Below are positions 1-10,725 of a stretch of 27,121 bases of DNA, one piece after another. Source of the stretch: Octopus sinensis (Eukaryota); contig NW_021834076.1 in the NCBI RefSeq assembly GCF_006345805.1, positions 1 through 27,121 on the forward strand. The letters run 5' to 3'. Every line of letters starts with the position of its first letter. Position 1 is the stretch's first letter. The notes beneath the pieces were generated by a model. The model saw only the letters and a list, made by a program, of their open reading frames with translations, was not told the DNA's origin and did no database searches. The translations under genes and the position numbers were made by a program.

Positions 1-414
1 CACACACCACACATCACTACATCACATCGCTCCACCCTGCACACACTAGCATTGACCACCTACTCATGAACACACCCACACATCAAGGTCACCAGCCCCA
101 ATCCACATGCTTACACTTACACGCTCTCACAAACACACGCACGTGAACCTTCGTTTTTGGATCACCCCTACTTTATTATCTCCCCTTCTTCCTAGCTCTC
201 CTGCCTGACCATCTCCGTCCAGCAATCGCTATGATCGACCGCTAGCCACTAGAGCTTTGTTTTTTAAATTCTCTTTCTGTTTATTTTCTCTTGTTACTTT
301 CTATTGAAGAGCGTAGGCTCGAAACGTAAAAGATTTTCTCACCATCCCGATCGTTAAACTAATACAACTGTTTGTTGGTAATACCCCTATTTTTCGCCTT
401 TTGTCTTTTTGTGA

Positions 415-420
<6 letters not shown>
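1..420 (+). mobile_element. 3' part of a Penelope-like (PLE) terminal repeat or non-autonomous element with a hammerhead-like motif, ending in (TA)n
   Basis: C-rich region followed by a motif at 297-332. Shares GCTAGCCACTA, GAAGAGCGTAGGCTCGAA, CGTTA.ACTAATACA and TGTTTGTT in the same order with 18745-18930. Both copies run directly into (TA)n. Confidence 0.6.
297..332 (+). ncRNA. Minimal type I hammerhead-like motif with a variant core
   Basis: CTTT-CTATTGA-A-GAGC(GTAG)GCTC-GAAA-CG-TA-AAAG: stem I CTTT/AAAG, 4-bp stem II, palindromic ACGT stem III. The core CUAUUGA deviates from CUGANGA. Confidence 0.55.
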
Positions 421-489
<69 letters not shown>

Positions 490-495
490 TATATA
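419..495. repeat. (TA)n microsatellite
   Basis: Direct reading of the sequence. Confidence 0.95.
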
Positions 496-1094
496 ATATG
501 AGATTATAAACGTGATGTAAGCACGCTAATGTGTGCGTAGTATTTAACATGGCTAACGTAATTCTGCGCTGAAATTGTTTGTTATTGTTTCAATGCACAT
601 ACTCAGATAAACATAAATATTACCAAACAAAAACAACTCTTCTGAAATGGGTAAAATAAAGTTAGGCAATAAATAATGTTATATTTAATGCTTACATTTC
701 ACATATAGCAGCCTACTTTAACAGAAACTACGTAGTTTGTTTGTCGATATAGTCATGAAAATGGTATCAATAATTTAAATATCGTATTTACTCTTTCATG
801 TACTGTTTTGGGGTTACTTTGTAGCTTTATGTTTAACTTACAGTTATTTATTGTTTTCTCTCTCTCACACTTTCTTTCCCGCCATCTCTCTACCTTCTCT
901 CTCCATCTCTCTCTCATTCTCTACCCCCTCTCTCTCTCTTACCTAAGAGTAACTATTGTTGCATTAAATCTTATAGCTAGATAACATCATAAAATCAGGT
1001 TGTATCATTGTTTTCTTTTTCTCTCAACCAATCACAATTATTTCTCTTTTCAGGTGTATCATCTATCATTTTTCAAACATTTATATTTCAAAGA

Positions 1095-1315
1095 CGCACA
1101 CACACACACACATACACGCACATGAACACACCACACACACACACACCACACACACAAGCACACAAACACACACATCACATAGATGCATATCTACACATGT
1201 ACGGATATGGGTATGTACAAATGCATAGATGTTAATATACACATATATACGTATACGCACATACACACATACACACAATCATTCATACGTGTGTTTGTGT
1301 GTGTGTGTGTGTATG
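1095..1315. repeat. Imperfect (CA)n/(TG)n low-complexity tract
   Basis: Direct reading of the sequence. Confidence 0.85.
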
Positions 1316-1937
1316 TGAACATCACCTACGTATGTAGGTATGCTTGTATGTATCTGATTTCAACGTACAGCATTCAGTTTAATATCGTAGATATGCAATG
1401 TCCATACAGCGTGTGGCTATCATTATTCTTTTCCATATGTTTTCATATTAAACATCACAACTGTGTTCGTATTTTTGTTCGGAAAAACAGTAAAAAAGTA
1501 ATGTGCTTCCTTTTATACTCTCTATTGCACACAAAAATCATTTTCTGTTTCTAGCATTCATAGATATTTACCCTAGAACAGGGATGCTTAACTAGAACGT
1601 TTCTGTCTCAGATGATCATAGCAAGTGCCTAAAAATCTGTGTAGGAGCACATGTCCTGCGAAAAGTAATCTATAATTCTAGGACATTTCCTATCTAAAGA
1701 TTATTTCAAATTATTTTGTTGGTGTTTAGGCTGAATGATTTTTTCATATGAGTGTTTTAAGTCTTCGCCAGTGCGTAGTTCAGTTTCAAAAGTGAGCAAA
1801 GACACTTCCCTTATTTGTATTAATATAATATATACATACATTCACAACCTCACACACAATCACCTACATGCATGCACATACACATTTTTATGTATCTTTC
1901 TCCCCCTCTCTCTCTCTCTCGCTGTATGTATGTATAC

Positions 1938-2153
1938 ATAATAATAATGAGGATGATGATGATGATGATGATGATGATAATAATAATAATATAATTAATA
2001 TGATATAATAATAATAATAATAAGAATATATAAGTAATAATAATATAATAATAGTAATAATATAGTAAATAGTAATATAGTAATAATAATAATAGTAGTA
2101 GTAGTAGTAGTAGTATAATAATATAATAATACTAATACTATAATAATAAAGTA

Positions 2154-2201
<48 letters not shown>

Positions 2202-2203
2202 TA
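1938..2203. repeat. (GAT)n/(TAA)n/(TAG)n compound microsatellite
   Basis: Direct reading of the sequence. Confidence 0.95.
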
Positions 2204-2204
2204 T

Positions 2205-2744
2205 ATTGCCTTGATGCAGTACCAGACAGTAGCTCGCGTGGCTTCTGATCTTAACTGATTGGAAGTGTTATTACGTACATTGTTTTGTCTTGGTATAAAA
2301 GATTGCCCAATACCACAGATTTGCTACTCAGTTGCTTGACCTTAACCAGTTGAGCATGTCCCTTAGTGACTGACGATATGTGCATCTCTAATTACGAGCA
2401 GAAGTAGTGGGAAGGGCATCATAGTTATGTGTTGAGAGGGATTCTTTGGGATATGAATAATTCACCTCTAGAAACATGGGTGTTTCGTTCAACATCCTTA
2501 AACAACCCTTATTCAGGGACCTTTTGAACGGAATGGGTTACTCGACCACAAAAAATTCTAACTGGGCCCCCACCTGCAAGGTTATGTTCTGTTTATCTTG
2601 ATAAGAAATCACCATGTCACGCACATATGGTTGTGATGCAAGTGCCTGGTGTACCCTCATCAGACGGGTAGTCATGATGGATATAATGGGCTTCGTATAT
2701 TTTACCCCAGTGTCACTTTGATGGTATGCACTGCTCTCTCACTC
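2205..2744. mobile_element. About 540-bp non-coding interspersed element inserted in a (TAA)n array
   Basis: Complex, higher-GC block with sharp borders and (TAA)n on both sides in the same orientation; no long ORF. Confidence 0.65.
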
Positions 2745-2762
2745 AATAATGATAACAATATA

Positions 2763-2807
<45 letters not shown>

Positions 2808-2824
2808 TATAATAATAATAATAA
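2745..2824. repeat. (TAA)n microsatellite
   Basis: Direct reading of the sequence. Confidence 0.95.
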
Positions 2825-2825
2825 T

Positions 2826-3006
2826 GGGTTAAAATTTTGACACAAGGGCAGCCATTTGGCGGGAAGGGATGTGTCGATTACATCGACCCCAGTGACTGGT
2901 TCTTATTTTATCGACCCTGAAATTATGAAAGGCAAAGTTGACCTTGGGGGAATTTGAACTCAGAACGTAGCGACTAGCAAAATACCGCTAAGCATTTAAT
3001 CCGGCG
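2826..3006 (-). mobile_element. tRNA-derived SINE family A, diverged and 5'-truncated, with the alternative tail
   Basis: Reverse complement matches the body of 12878-13110 (TTCTGAGTTCAAATTCC...GTCAACTTTGCCTTTCAT...GGGTCGAT). The tail (CCCTTGTGTC) resembles 13230-13275. Confidence 0.8.
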
Positions 3007-3011
3007 AGTCT

Positions 3012-3243
3012 GCCCTCTTTCCCCTTCCCTCCTTACTTGCCTCCCTAGTACCTTTTCCTCTCTCCTCCACTTCTCTCTTATTCTCCTGCCTCTTATTTTT
3101 CCCTCTTTCCTTCCCTTTCTCTGATCTTCCCTTTCTCTCTCTTTACCTCTCTCTTATTCTTTAGTCCCTCCGCTCTTTCTTTCTCCCTCCCTTACCCCTC
3201 CCTCTCTCACACCTAAGTACCTACATCATTCTTCCTCTCTCCT
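3012..3243 (+). repeat. Polypyrimidine low-complexity tract
   Basis: About 230 bp of almost only C and T. Confidence 0.85.
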
Positions 3244-3515
3244 ACCAGGTGACAGGTGTCTAGACCGGTGCGCGTCATTCATTTTTGGTCTGTCGCTGAA
3301 CAAACCAGACACGTGTGTCTACTGTCCGCTAAGATATTTTTTCCAGTTCTTTGCGCTACCTTCCTACGTCTGTTTATAGTCGAAAGGCCCTTTCTCTTTC
3401 TATTGTACATGTCTAACCATTCCTTTTGCTATTCTATAGCCGAAAGGCATTTTCTATAGTAACTGTACTATTCCTTATTTTATTGTACACGCTATATTAT
3501 TTTGTTCTATTCCTC

Positions 3516-4322
3516 GGTTCTTTTCCTTTTGAGCGGCAGATGTCAACACAATTTCTAGTTAACTAAACACTTTTAAACTTCGTATACTGGTAGAATGTGT
3601 TTATAAAACATCATTTTCGCTTGCTTTTATTGAGAAAATTCTATAGTTTGTAAGATATTTCGTCTGAAAATCCGAACATTTCGGCAATTTTAACCAATCG
3701 ATTACCTCCTTTTAAGCAAGCAACATTTGCTGCGTCTAAAACTGAGACAACATCCTGTAACTAACCCTCAGCCTCCCCCTAACCCTAACCATAATTTTTT
3801 TTCTTAATTGTTAAATTAATTTAATTGTTACGCGTGTAAAAAAACTAAAGCAATGGAAAATATTTTAAACAATTAACATACAAAATAATTCTATAATTTT
3901 ATACACACGCTTTCCGTACGTATACGGAAAGCGTGTATTACGGAAAGCGCGTGTATAAAATTATAGAATTATTTTGTATGTTAATTGTTTAAATAATTTT
4001 CCATTTAATTGTTACACGCGTAACAATTAAATTAATTTAACAATTAAGAAAAAAAATTTAGGGTTAGGGTTAGGGTTAGGGGGGTTAGGGTTAGTTACAG
4101 GATGTTGTCTCAGTTTTAGACGCAGTAAATGATTTTAGCTCAAAAGAGAGCATAGGATAGGTTAAAATTCGAAAAATTAAACTACGTTAAACAAACAAAT
4201 TACAATTTTCTCAAGAAAGCCAAGAGAAAAAACTGTTTTATTTTGACACATTCTACCAGTATACGAAGTTTTAAAGTGTTTAGTTAACTAGAAATTGTCT
4301 GCCGTTCAAAAGGAAAATATCC
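3516..4322. mobile_element. Foldback/MITE DNA element: about 800-bp imperfect palindrome with internal (CCCTAA)n/(TTAGGG)n
   Basis: Termini GGTTCTTTTCCTTTTGAGCGGCAG and CTGCCGTTCAAAAGGAAAATATCC; arms are reverse complementary to a centre at about 3905-3945; flanks CTATTCCTC / CTATCCTC form a degenerate TSD. Confidence 0.9.
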
Positions 4323-5067
4323 CTATCCTCGCATATATTCGTTAGCTTTTTCTTGAAGCTTAATGCTTTGGCACTTCCGTGATAACAGTGGCCATGGTTT
4401 AATGATGTCTCGGAAATCAACTGATGAGAAAAATCCGCCGAGAAGCCGGGTAATTTTAGGTGGAGATCCATGATCAGTCCAAACAGACTATAAGTGTTGC
4501 ATCGTTTCTCTCAGCGTATACCCACAGAAATGTAACTGAAGAAGAGTACATTACGTACACATTCAATGAAAGTAACAGCTTGTGAATAGGTAAAATATCC
4601 CTAAGAGTTACTCTGATAGTACTGCTTCTACATGTGAAATGTACCGGGGAGCCACAAGATATCCAAACCTTTGAAAATAAGAAAAGCTAGGGAAACACTC
4701 CAATGAAAACATCCCTCAGTTGTTGAAAAGAAAACGAAAGGAGTATTATTTACTGAGAATATCAATGTCGCACCTAGATTAGGGAAAAAAGAGAACATTT
4801 ATCACGAACTAAATTGGAACATAAAAGTCTTGTGTGCTGGGATATAGATTTTCATATGCACTTATTATCGTAAGTGCATTGCGAAAGGTAACAAGAGAAG
4901 AAAAGGCACACGCCAAATTGAAGTAATTAATGAGGAGGTGAATTTGCAAAACATCTGCTTTGTCGAGAATCTACGAAATGCACATAATTGCATGTTTCTA
5001 GATGGCATAAACTTATACGTAACAAGGTAATCAAGCATACAAACACATATTCACATATACTCATCCA

Positions 5068-5369
5068 TATATGTATATATATTGTATGTATGTATGTATG
5101 TATGTATATGTATGTATGTATGTATGTATGTATATAGGTAAAGGCAAAGATAGACACACACACACACAGATGTAAATAGCCATACAAACAATGCATAATA
5201 CATTGGTGCAAAATGGAAGTATAATTTGTTCGCCATTCATGCCGTTCAATAATTATATATATATATATGTATGTATATATATGTATATATATCATTATTA
5301 TTATTATTATTATCATTATTATTATTATTATTATTATCATTATTATCATTATTATTATTATCATTATTA

Positions 5370-5442
<73 letters not shown>

Positions 5443-5445
5443 CAT
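5068..5445. repeat. (TATG)n, (CA)n, (TA)n and long (TTA)n microsatellites
   Basis: Direct reading; (TTA)n spans 5293-5438. Confidence 0.9.
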
Positions 5446-5652
5446 ACACTTTTATTGGTGTCTTTATTTACTCTGCATATATTGTTGTTTTCTACTGCGT
5501 CACGATTTCAGACACGATTGTTCGAATCAATTGATGAACTACAGAAGTAAAACTAAATACTAACCGTACGATTCAGTTAAATTAAACCGCCTAAAGTGAG
5601 ATGATTTACTACTTCAATTGTCTCAAGCGAACGACGCGAAATGTCAGCCTCA

Positions 5653-5676
5653 TTATATATATATGGTTTGTATGAG

Positions 5677-5709
<33 letters not shown>

Positions 5710-5977
5710 TATATAAATACATATATATAAATACATATATACATACACACAAAAGAAGGAAGTGGGAGGTGAAGACAAACAGATATGTACGTCTATATAT
5801 AATATATATATATTATATATATATATACATAGAGAGAGAGAAAGGGATATATAAATATAAATATAACTATATATGTATATATATATGTATATATATATAT
5901 ATATATACATACATATATAAATACATACATACACACAGAAGAAGGAAGCGGGAGACAAAGACAAACATATATGTACA

Positions 5978-6030
<53 letters not shown>

Positions 6031-6053
6031 GTATATATATATATATATATACG

Positions 6054-6090
<37 letters not shown>

Positions 6091-6190
6091 CGAAGGAGGG
6101 AGAGAAAAGGATATATAAATATAAGTAATATATATATATATATGAATATATACATATATATATATAAATATATACATATATATATATATC

Positions 6191-6228
<38 letters not shown>

Positions 6229-6238
6229 ATATATATAT

Positions 6239-6291
<53 letters not shown>

Positions 6292-6296
6292 GTGTA
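5653..6296. repeat. (TA)n-rich tract containing a duplicated non-microsatellite module
   Basis: AGAAGGAAG.GGGAG...AAGACAAACA.ATATGTAC.TCT occurs at about 5753 and about 5940, each followed later by (GA)n-AAA.GGATATATAAATATAA. Confidence 0.85.
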
Positions 6297-6599
6297 TATC
6301 CTTACGTTTACCAACTTCAACATCATAAAATCACATTAACCTGGAAAATCACGCACACAATGCCATATCGAGGACTGCTTTATTGTTATATTGTAATAAT
6401 AGGATGTATGATGTTTCCAAATCTATCCAAGAATATGCTTATTCAGTATCTTGTATAGTGTGATACAGCAAATAATCGTAACGCTGTACATATGGTTTTA
6501 CTCTGTAAAGTTGCAAGCGTAATAATATGATAATACAATTTTAGGTAGAATAACTTTCCAAACAATGGCAATTCTCTTGTGTGTTCGTATATTATACAT

Positions 6600-6697
6600 A
6601 TGTGTATGTGTATACATCAATATATATGTGTGTGTGTATGTATATATACATAAATATTCATATATATATATATTATATATATATATATATATATATC

Positions 6698-6730
<33 letters not shown>

Positions 6731-7025
6731 TATGAGTATGTATGAAATGTATATAGACACTCATACATGAATACATGTATCAAAAATTCATTGCTAACTA
6801 AGAGTTTTGCGCATGGCCGTTCACATATTGTTTGCCCAATATCTTTTGCATACTCTACAATCCATGTATTAAAACATATATATATATATGTATATATATA
6901 TAATATATATATATTATATATATATTATATATATTATATATATATATATATATTGTTGGTGTTTAGGCTCAATGATTTTTTATATAAATAGACAGACTGA
7001 CAGATAGATAGATAGACAGATAGAC

Positions 7026-7070
<45 letters not shown>

Positions 7071-7082
7071 TATTGATTGATT

Positions 7083-7170
<88 letters not shown>
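6600..7170. repeat. (TA)n tracts and (GATA)n/(GACA)n microsatellite (6987-7170)
   Basis: Direct reading of the sequence. Confidence 0.9.
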
Positions 7171-7199
7171 TTGAAATATTGTAATAAAGATTTTGGTCG

Positions 7200-9132
7200 A
7201 ACTATTCAACCATTATATTTAAGTTGAATAGTTGTTCTGGCGATCTCATGTGAAGAACCGAGGAGAGGTAAAAGAAAAAAACAGCACAGATTTTCGTGCC
7301 TCCTAAAAATTTGTGAGAATTGCCGTTTTGGGGGAGTGTCTTTGCCTCCGAAGATTGAACGACTTGTACAACAGTTTATGTGGAAGTTGGGTTCCAGTTG
7401 TGGAGATCCGGGTTCGACCTTGGCCGGGAGTACCTAATGGACGGAAGATTTTTCTTTTGCTGTTTTTGAACAATTGATTTTCTTGCTTCTAAACTTTTTT
7501 GACTTTCTTTTTTCGTGAATTGTTTTCTTTTTTCTTCCTTCCATTGTATTGGGACTTCCCTTTGATTTCTTTCTTTTTCTTCTTCTTTCTATTAAAGTTT
7601 TATTTTGATCTATCTTCGAACTTTTATTACAAAAAAAACATGGCAATGAAAACCGACAATGTTTTAGAGTGGGAAATGGTACCACCCAAATAGTGGTTGA
7701 AAGACCTTGAGGAGAGGACGGTGGTGTTGAGGACTTACTCCAAGTCGCTCGACACCATAGCCCTATTTGAAAAGATTGTAACTGAAAAGAAGTTGGTAGA
7801 GGAGAAAAAAATACTCAACAGTGAGGCTGCTATTTGACACTCCTCAAGAGGCTCGCAAATTTGTGAGCCAGCCCTTAGACGGCAAAGAAATTTTGTTTCT
7901 TCGCACCCATTGTGGAAAGAGGTTGACAAGAGCTTGGCTTTGCGGGTTGCCACCCGTAATGTAGCCCGAGTGGATAGAGCAGACTATCCCCCGGGGTCTG
8001 GGTGGCAGCGGAGCTAAGCTCCTAAATGTGAAAAATTTTCCTGCGGCTGATTGGGTTAGCTGTTTTGACCCTGTGGACCCAATCAGCCAATCTGGTTTTT
8101 CCAGAAAATGGCCGGGTGCAGGTACCCGGTGATTCTTCTGGGTCGCCTCACCAGGTGTCATCGGTGCCTGGAGCCTGGCCATATAAAGGAAAACTGCTCC
8201 CAGGAACAACGTAAGGTCCTGGAGCAGTTGGCCCTGGAACGAAGGCGGCCGAGGAGGCGGAGTACTCCTCAAAGAAGAGCTGCAAGAGTAAGAAGGTGAA
8301 CAACAATAGGTGCTCACCGAAGGAACCTAGGGATGAGGGAGGGGAGGCGAATCTCCTGGTTACGGAGGAGATTCACCACCACCCTCAGATGAGAAGAACT
8401 AAAAGAGGAACATTGCCGGCAGTCGTTGGCATAGTACCGGAATGTCCCGGAACCTCTTCGGTAGGGGCTGTGCCACCGGTAGGAGAAAAGACACCGTCGG
8501 TGGGATTTGTGCCGCCGACGGTAGAAGTGACTACTTCGTCCCCGGAGGAAGACGAATTATTGGTCTTCTTCTTCTTCTTCTTCTTCATAGGTGGAGAGGT
8601 GGAGGTATTGGAAAAGCAACTTAACGGAGTACCTTTAGCCTTCACACGGGATCCTGAATGGCCTCCACAGATAGCTGTGGAGGTCACAACGTTACTCGTG
8701 TTGCGTACGCTGCAGGTAACCAATGAGGAATATCGCTTGTGGCTGGGCGACGCCGACACGGCACTCACTTTGTGCTTGTATGAGGCGTGGGTGATGGCGG
8801 AGGATTGGGTCACAAGCGATGTTGGGGAGGAATATGGATAAGAGGTTGAAAAGCCTCAGTGTTATTGAAAGTTCCTAGTTGGGAAAAAATGGTAACAGGC
8901 TTAGTTCCTCATTTTGTTATTGAATATCGTGAACAATGTAAGAGGTGTGTTGCCCCATGAATAATATAAGACTTCAATGTTATCGAGAAATAAAACGATC
9001 GGCGGGCTTCGCTTTTTCACCCCATTAATCATCATTTTCGTTTTTCATTTCATATAACATTATGTCTGTGTCCAGCCCTCAGCTTCCTTTCTCTATATAA
9101 GGCATTTGTGGCCAATATAATGAAATAAAGAA
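7200..9132 (+). mobile_element. Non-autonomous ORF1-only non-LTR element (HAL1-like architecture), decayed
   Basis: Higher-GC block with a leader, a disrupted reading frame from about 7640 to 8841 containing a CX2CX4HX4C knuckle, then about 290 bp of UTR ending AATAAAGAA. The tail resembles the LINE tail at 10059-10099. No EN or RT motifs seen. The 5' border is approximate. Confidence 0.6.
7640..8841 (+). pseudogene. Disrupted gag/ORF1-like nucleic-acid-binding protein with a zinc knuckle
   Basis: CHRCLEPGHIKENC at 8156-8197, preceded by YPVILLGR and followed by a basic then P/S/T-rich region; in-frame stops and frameshifts. Confidence 0.65.
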
Positions 9133-9310
9133 GCTTGCTTCCGGATTCCGTCTGTCTGCATGGCACCTTCGGCAACTGTCTTCTACTATAGCCGCGGGCC
9201 AATCAAAGCTTTGTGAATATACTTTTAGTCGGAAACTGAAAGAAGCCCTCCTGTATGTGATTGTGTGTGTGATTTTGTGTCGTGAATGTATATTTGTATT
9301 ATTGTCTGTG
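9133..9310 (+). mobile_element. Diverged fragment of SINE family B
   Basis: TGGCACCTTCGGCAACTGTCTTCTACTATAGCC...CGGAAACTGAAAGAAGCCC matches 24240-24331. Confidence 0.8.
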
Positions 9311-9926
9311 TGACCGTCTGTCTCTTATAAGTATGTGTGTATGTATTATGTACAAATGTATGTATCTATCTATTTTTCTATTTATCTATCTATGTGTATA
9401 AAGCGAAACATATCGGCAGAAATTTCTCAATACTGAAAACACAGTAAAATATCAGATTTCAATGAAAAATAAATTCACATCCTCTTTCTTCCACCGAATA
9501 AGGATGTAAAATGGCAAGATGTTTCGTGATCACCGGATGCATTAATCATGGGAAGCAATGAACTCTGATGAGATGTAGCTTGCTTTTAAGTTTGGTTTCT
9601 GGGATGTGAATGGATAATCCATATGACCGTTAACTCTCACATATATGTCAAAATGAATAAGCAGATCCTCGCATAAATGTTAGACCTGACAAAGAAACAA
9701 GGAAGATGGACGGATAAGAAAGAGGAAGGAGAAGACATGTGGAAGAAGCAGAAAAACAAAATCCAGAAAATAATAAGGGTAAGGAGGGGAGAGCAAATAA
9801 GATGATGCATAGTTCGAAAACGACAAAGAATATGGGTTCGTAACAGAGAATATGCGTATAAAATACAAATATATGCACATGGAGACACATGTACCCAATC
9901 TACGCATAAATATATACACATAAACA

Positions 9927-9959
9927 CAGATAGATCGATAGGGAGATAGATAGATAGAC

Positions 9960-10056
<97 letters not shown>
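9927..10056. repeat. (GATA)n microsatellite
   Basis: Direct reading of the sequence. Confidence 0.95.
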
Positions 10057-10145
10057 TGTTTCTTTATTAGCCACACAAGGCTGCACAGAGACGGGACAGA
10101 TTAAAAAGCTTTTCTTTATGGGGAGAAAAGAAGAAAAGAAAAAAA

Positions 10146-10245
10146 TAAGGGATCGTAAAAGGGAAAGGAAAGAAAAATAAGGGATCGTAAAAGGGAAAGG
10201 AAAGAAAAATAAGGGATCGTAAAAGGGAAAGGAAAGAAAAAAAAG
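10146..10245. repeat. About 32-bp tandem repeat, three copies, in the LINE 3' UTR
   Basis: TAAGGGATCGTAAAAGGGAAAGGAAAGAAAAA repeated three times. Confidence 0.9.
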
Positions 10246-10725
10246 GAAAGAAAAGAAAAAAACGATCAATAGGGATCGTGTATGACAGAAATGTCTTAAT
10301 GTAAAGTGTAAAGGGGGAAGCAGATAGGGTTTATCCATGGTAAGAAAAGCCTACGGAAAAGACCACGGTAACCTCGGTCAATAATGTCACCTGTTAACAC
10401 ATTTGTTTGCAAGTAGATAACCCTCTGTTTTAAATTTTTCCGGGTTCATAGGATTATGCTCAAGGTGGCTTCGTCATTCATACGTGCCATCCTTGTTACA
10501 TTCACCCATCTTTTTTAGAAACATTCGCTAGAAAAACTTGCCTCTCTACTCTCACATTCCTTTTCAAGTGATACTTGAAGAAGTTGATGAGAGATTGACC
10601 AGAGAGCAAAGTGTTTGTCTCCAACCCTTTCAGACGCGTTCAGTCATGGAGACGAGTTACGGGAAAGCGTGCCTCACAAACGGCGACCACACCTGTTCAC
10701 CGTCGTCTATGTAGAGCCTGAGATG

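Noticed and set aside
4058-4093. Telomere or chromosome-fusion site
   Set aside because: Only a few repeats, internal to a MITE family that carries the motif in other copies
4421-4600. CTGATGA at 4421 and CTGAAGA at 4536 (also 9565, 21203, and 2657-2663 on the minus strand)
   Set aside because: No compatible stem II, GAAA, stem III and stem I arrangement, so not hammerheads
359-7209. Many 60-170 aa ORFs rich in IY, poly-I, poly-N, poly-Y, HT or YLSI (also near 9637, 13760, 15356, 22222 and 25722)
   Set aside because: Translations of stop-free microsatellites with no coding signal
8385-8813. 142-aa minus-strand ORF, and 7844-8317
   Set aside because: Antisense shadows of the plus-strand knuckle-containing ORF1 region
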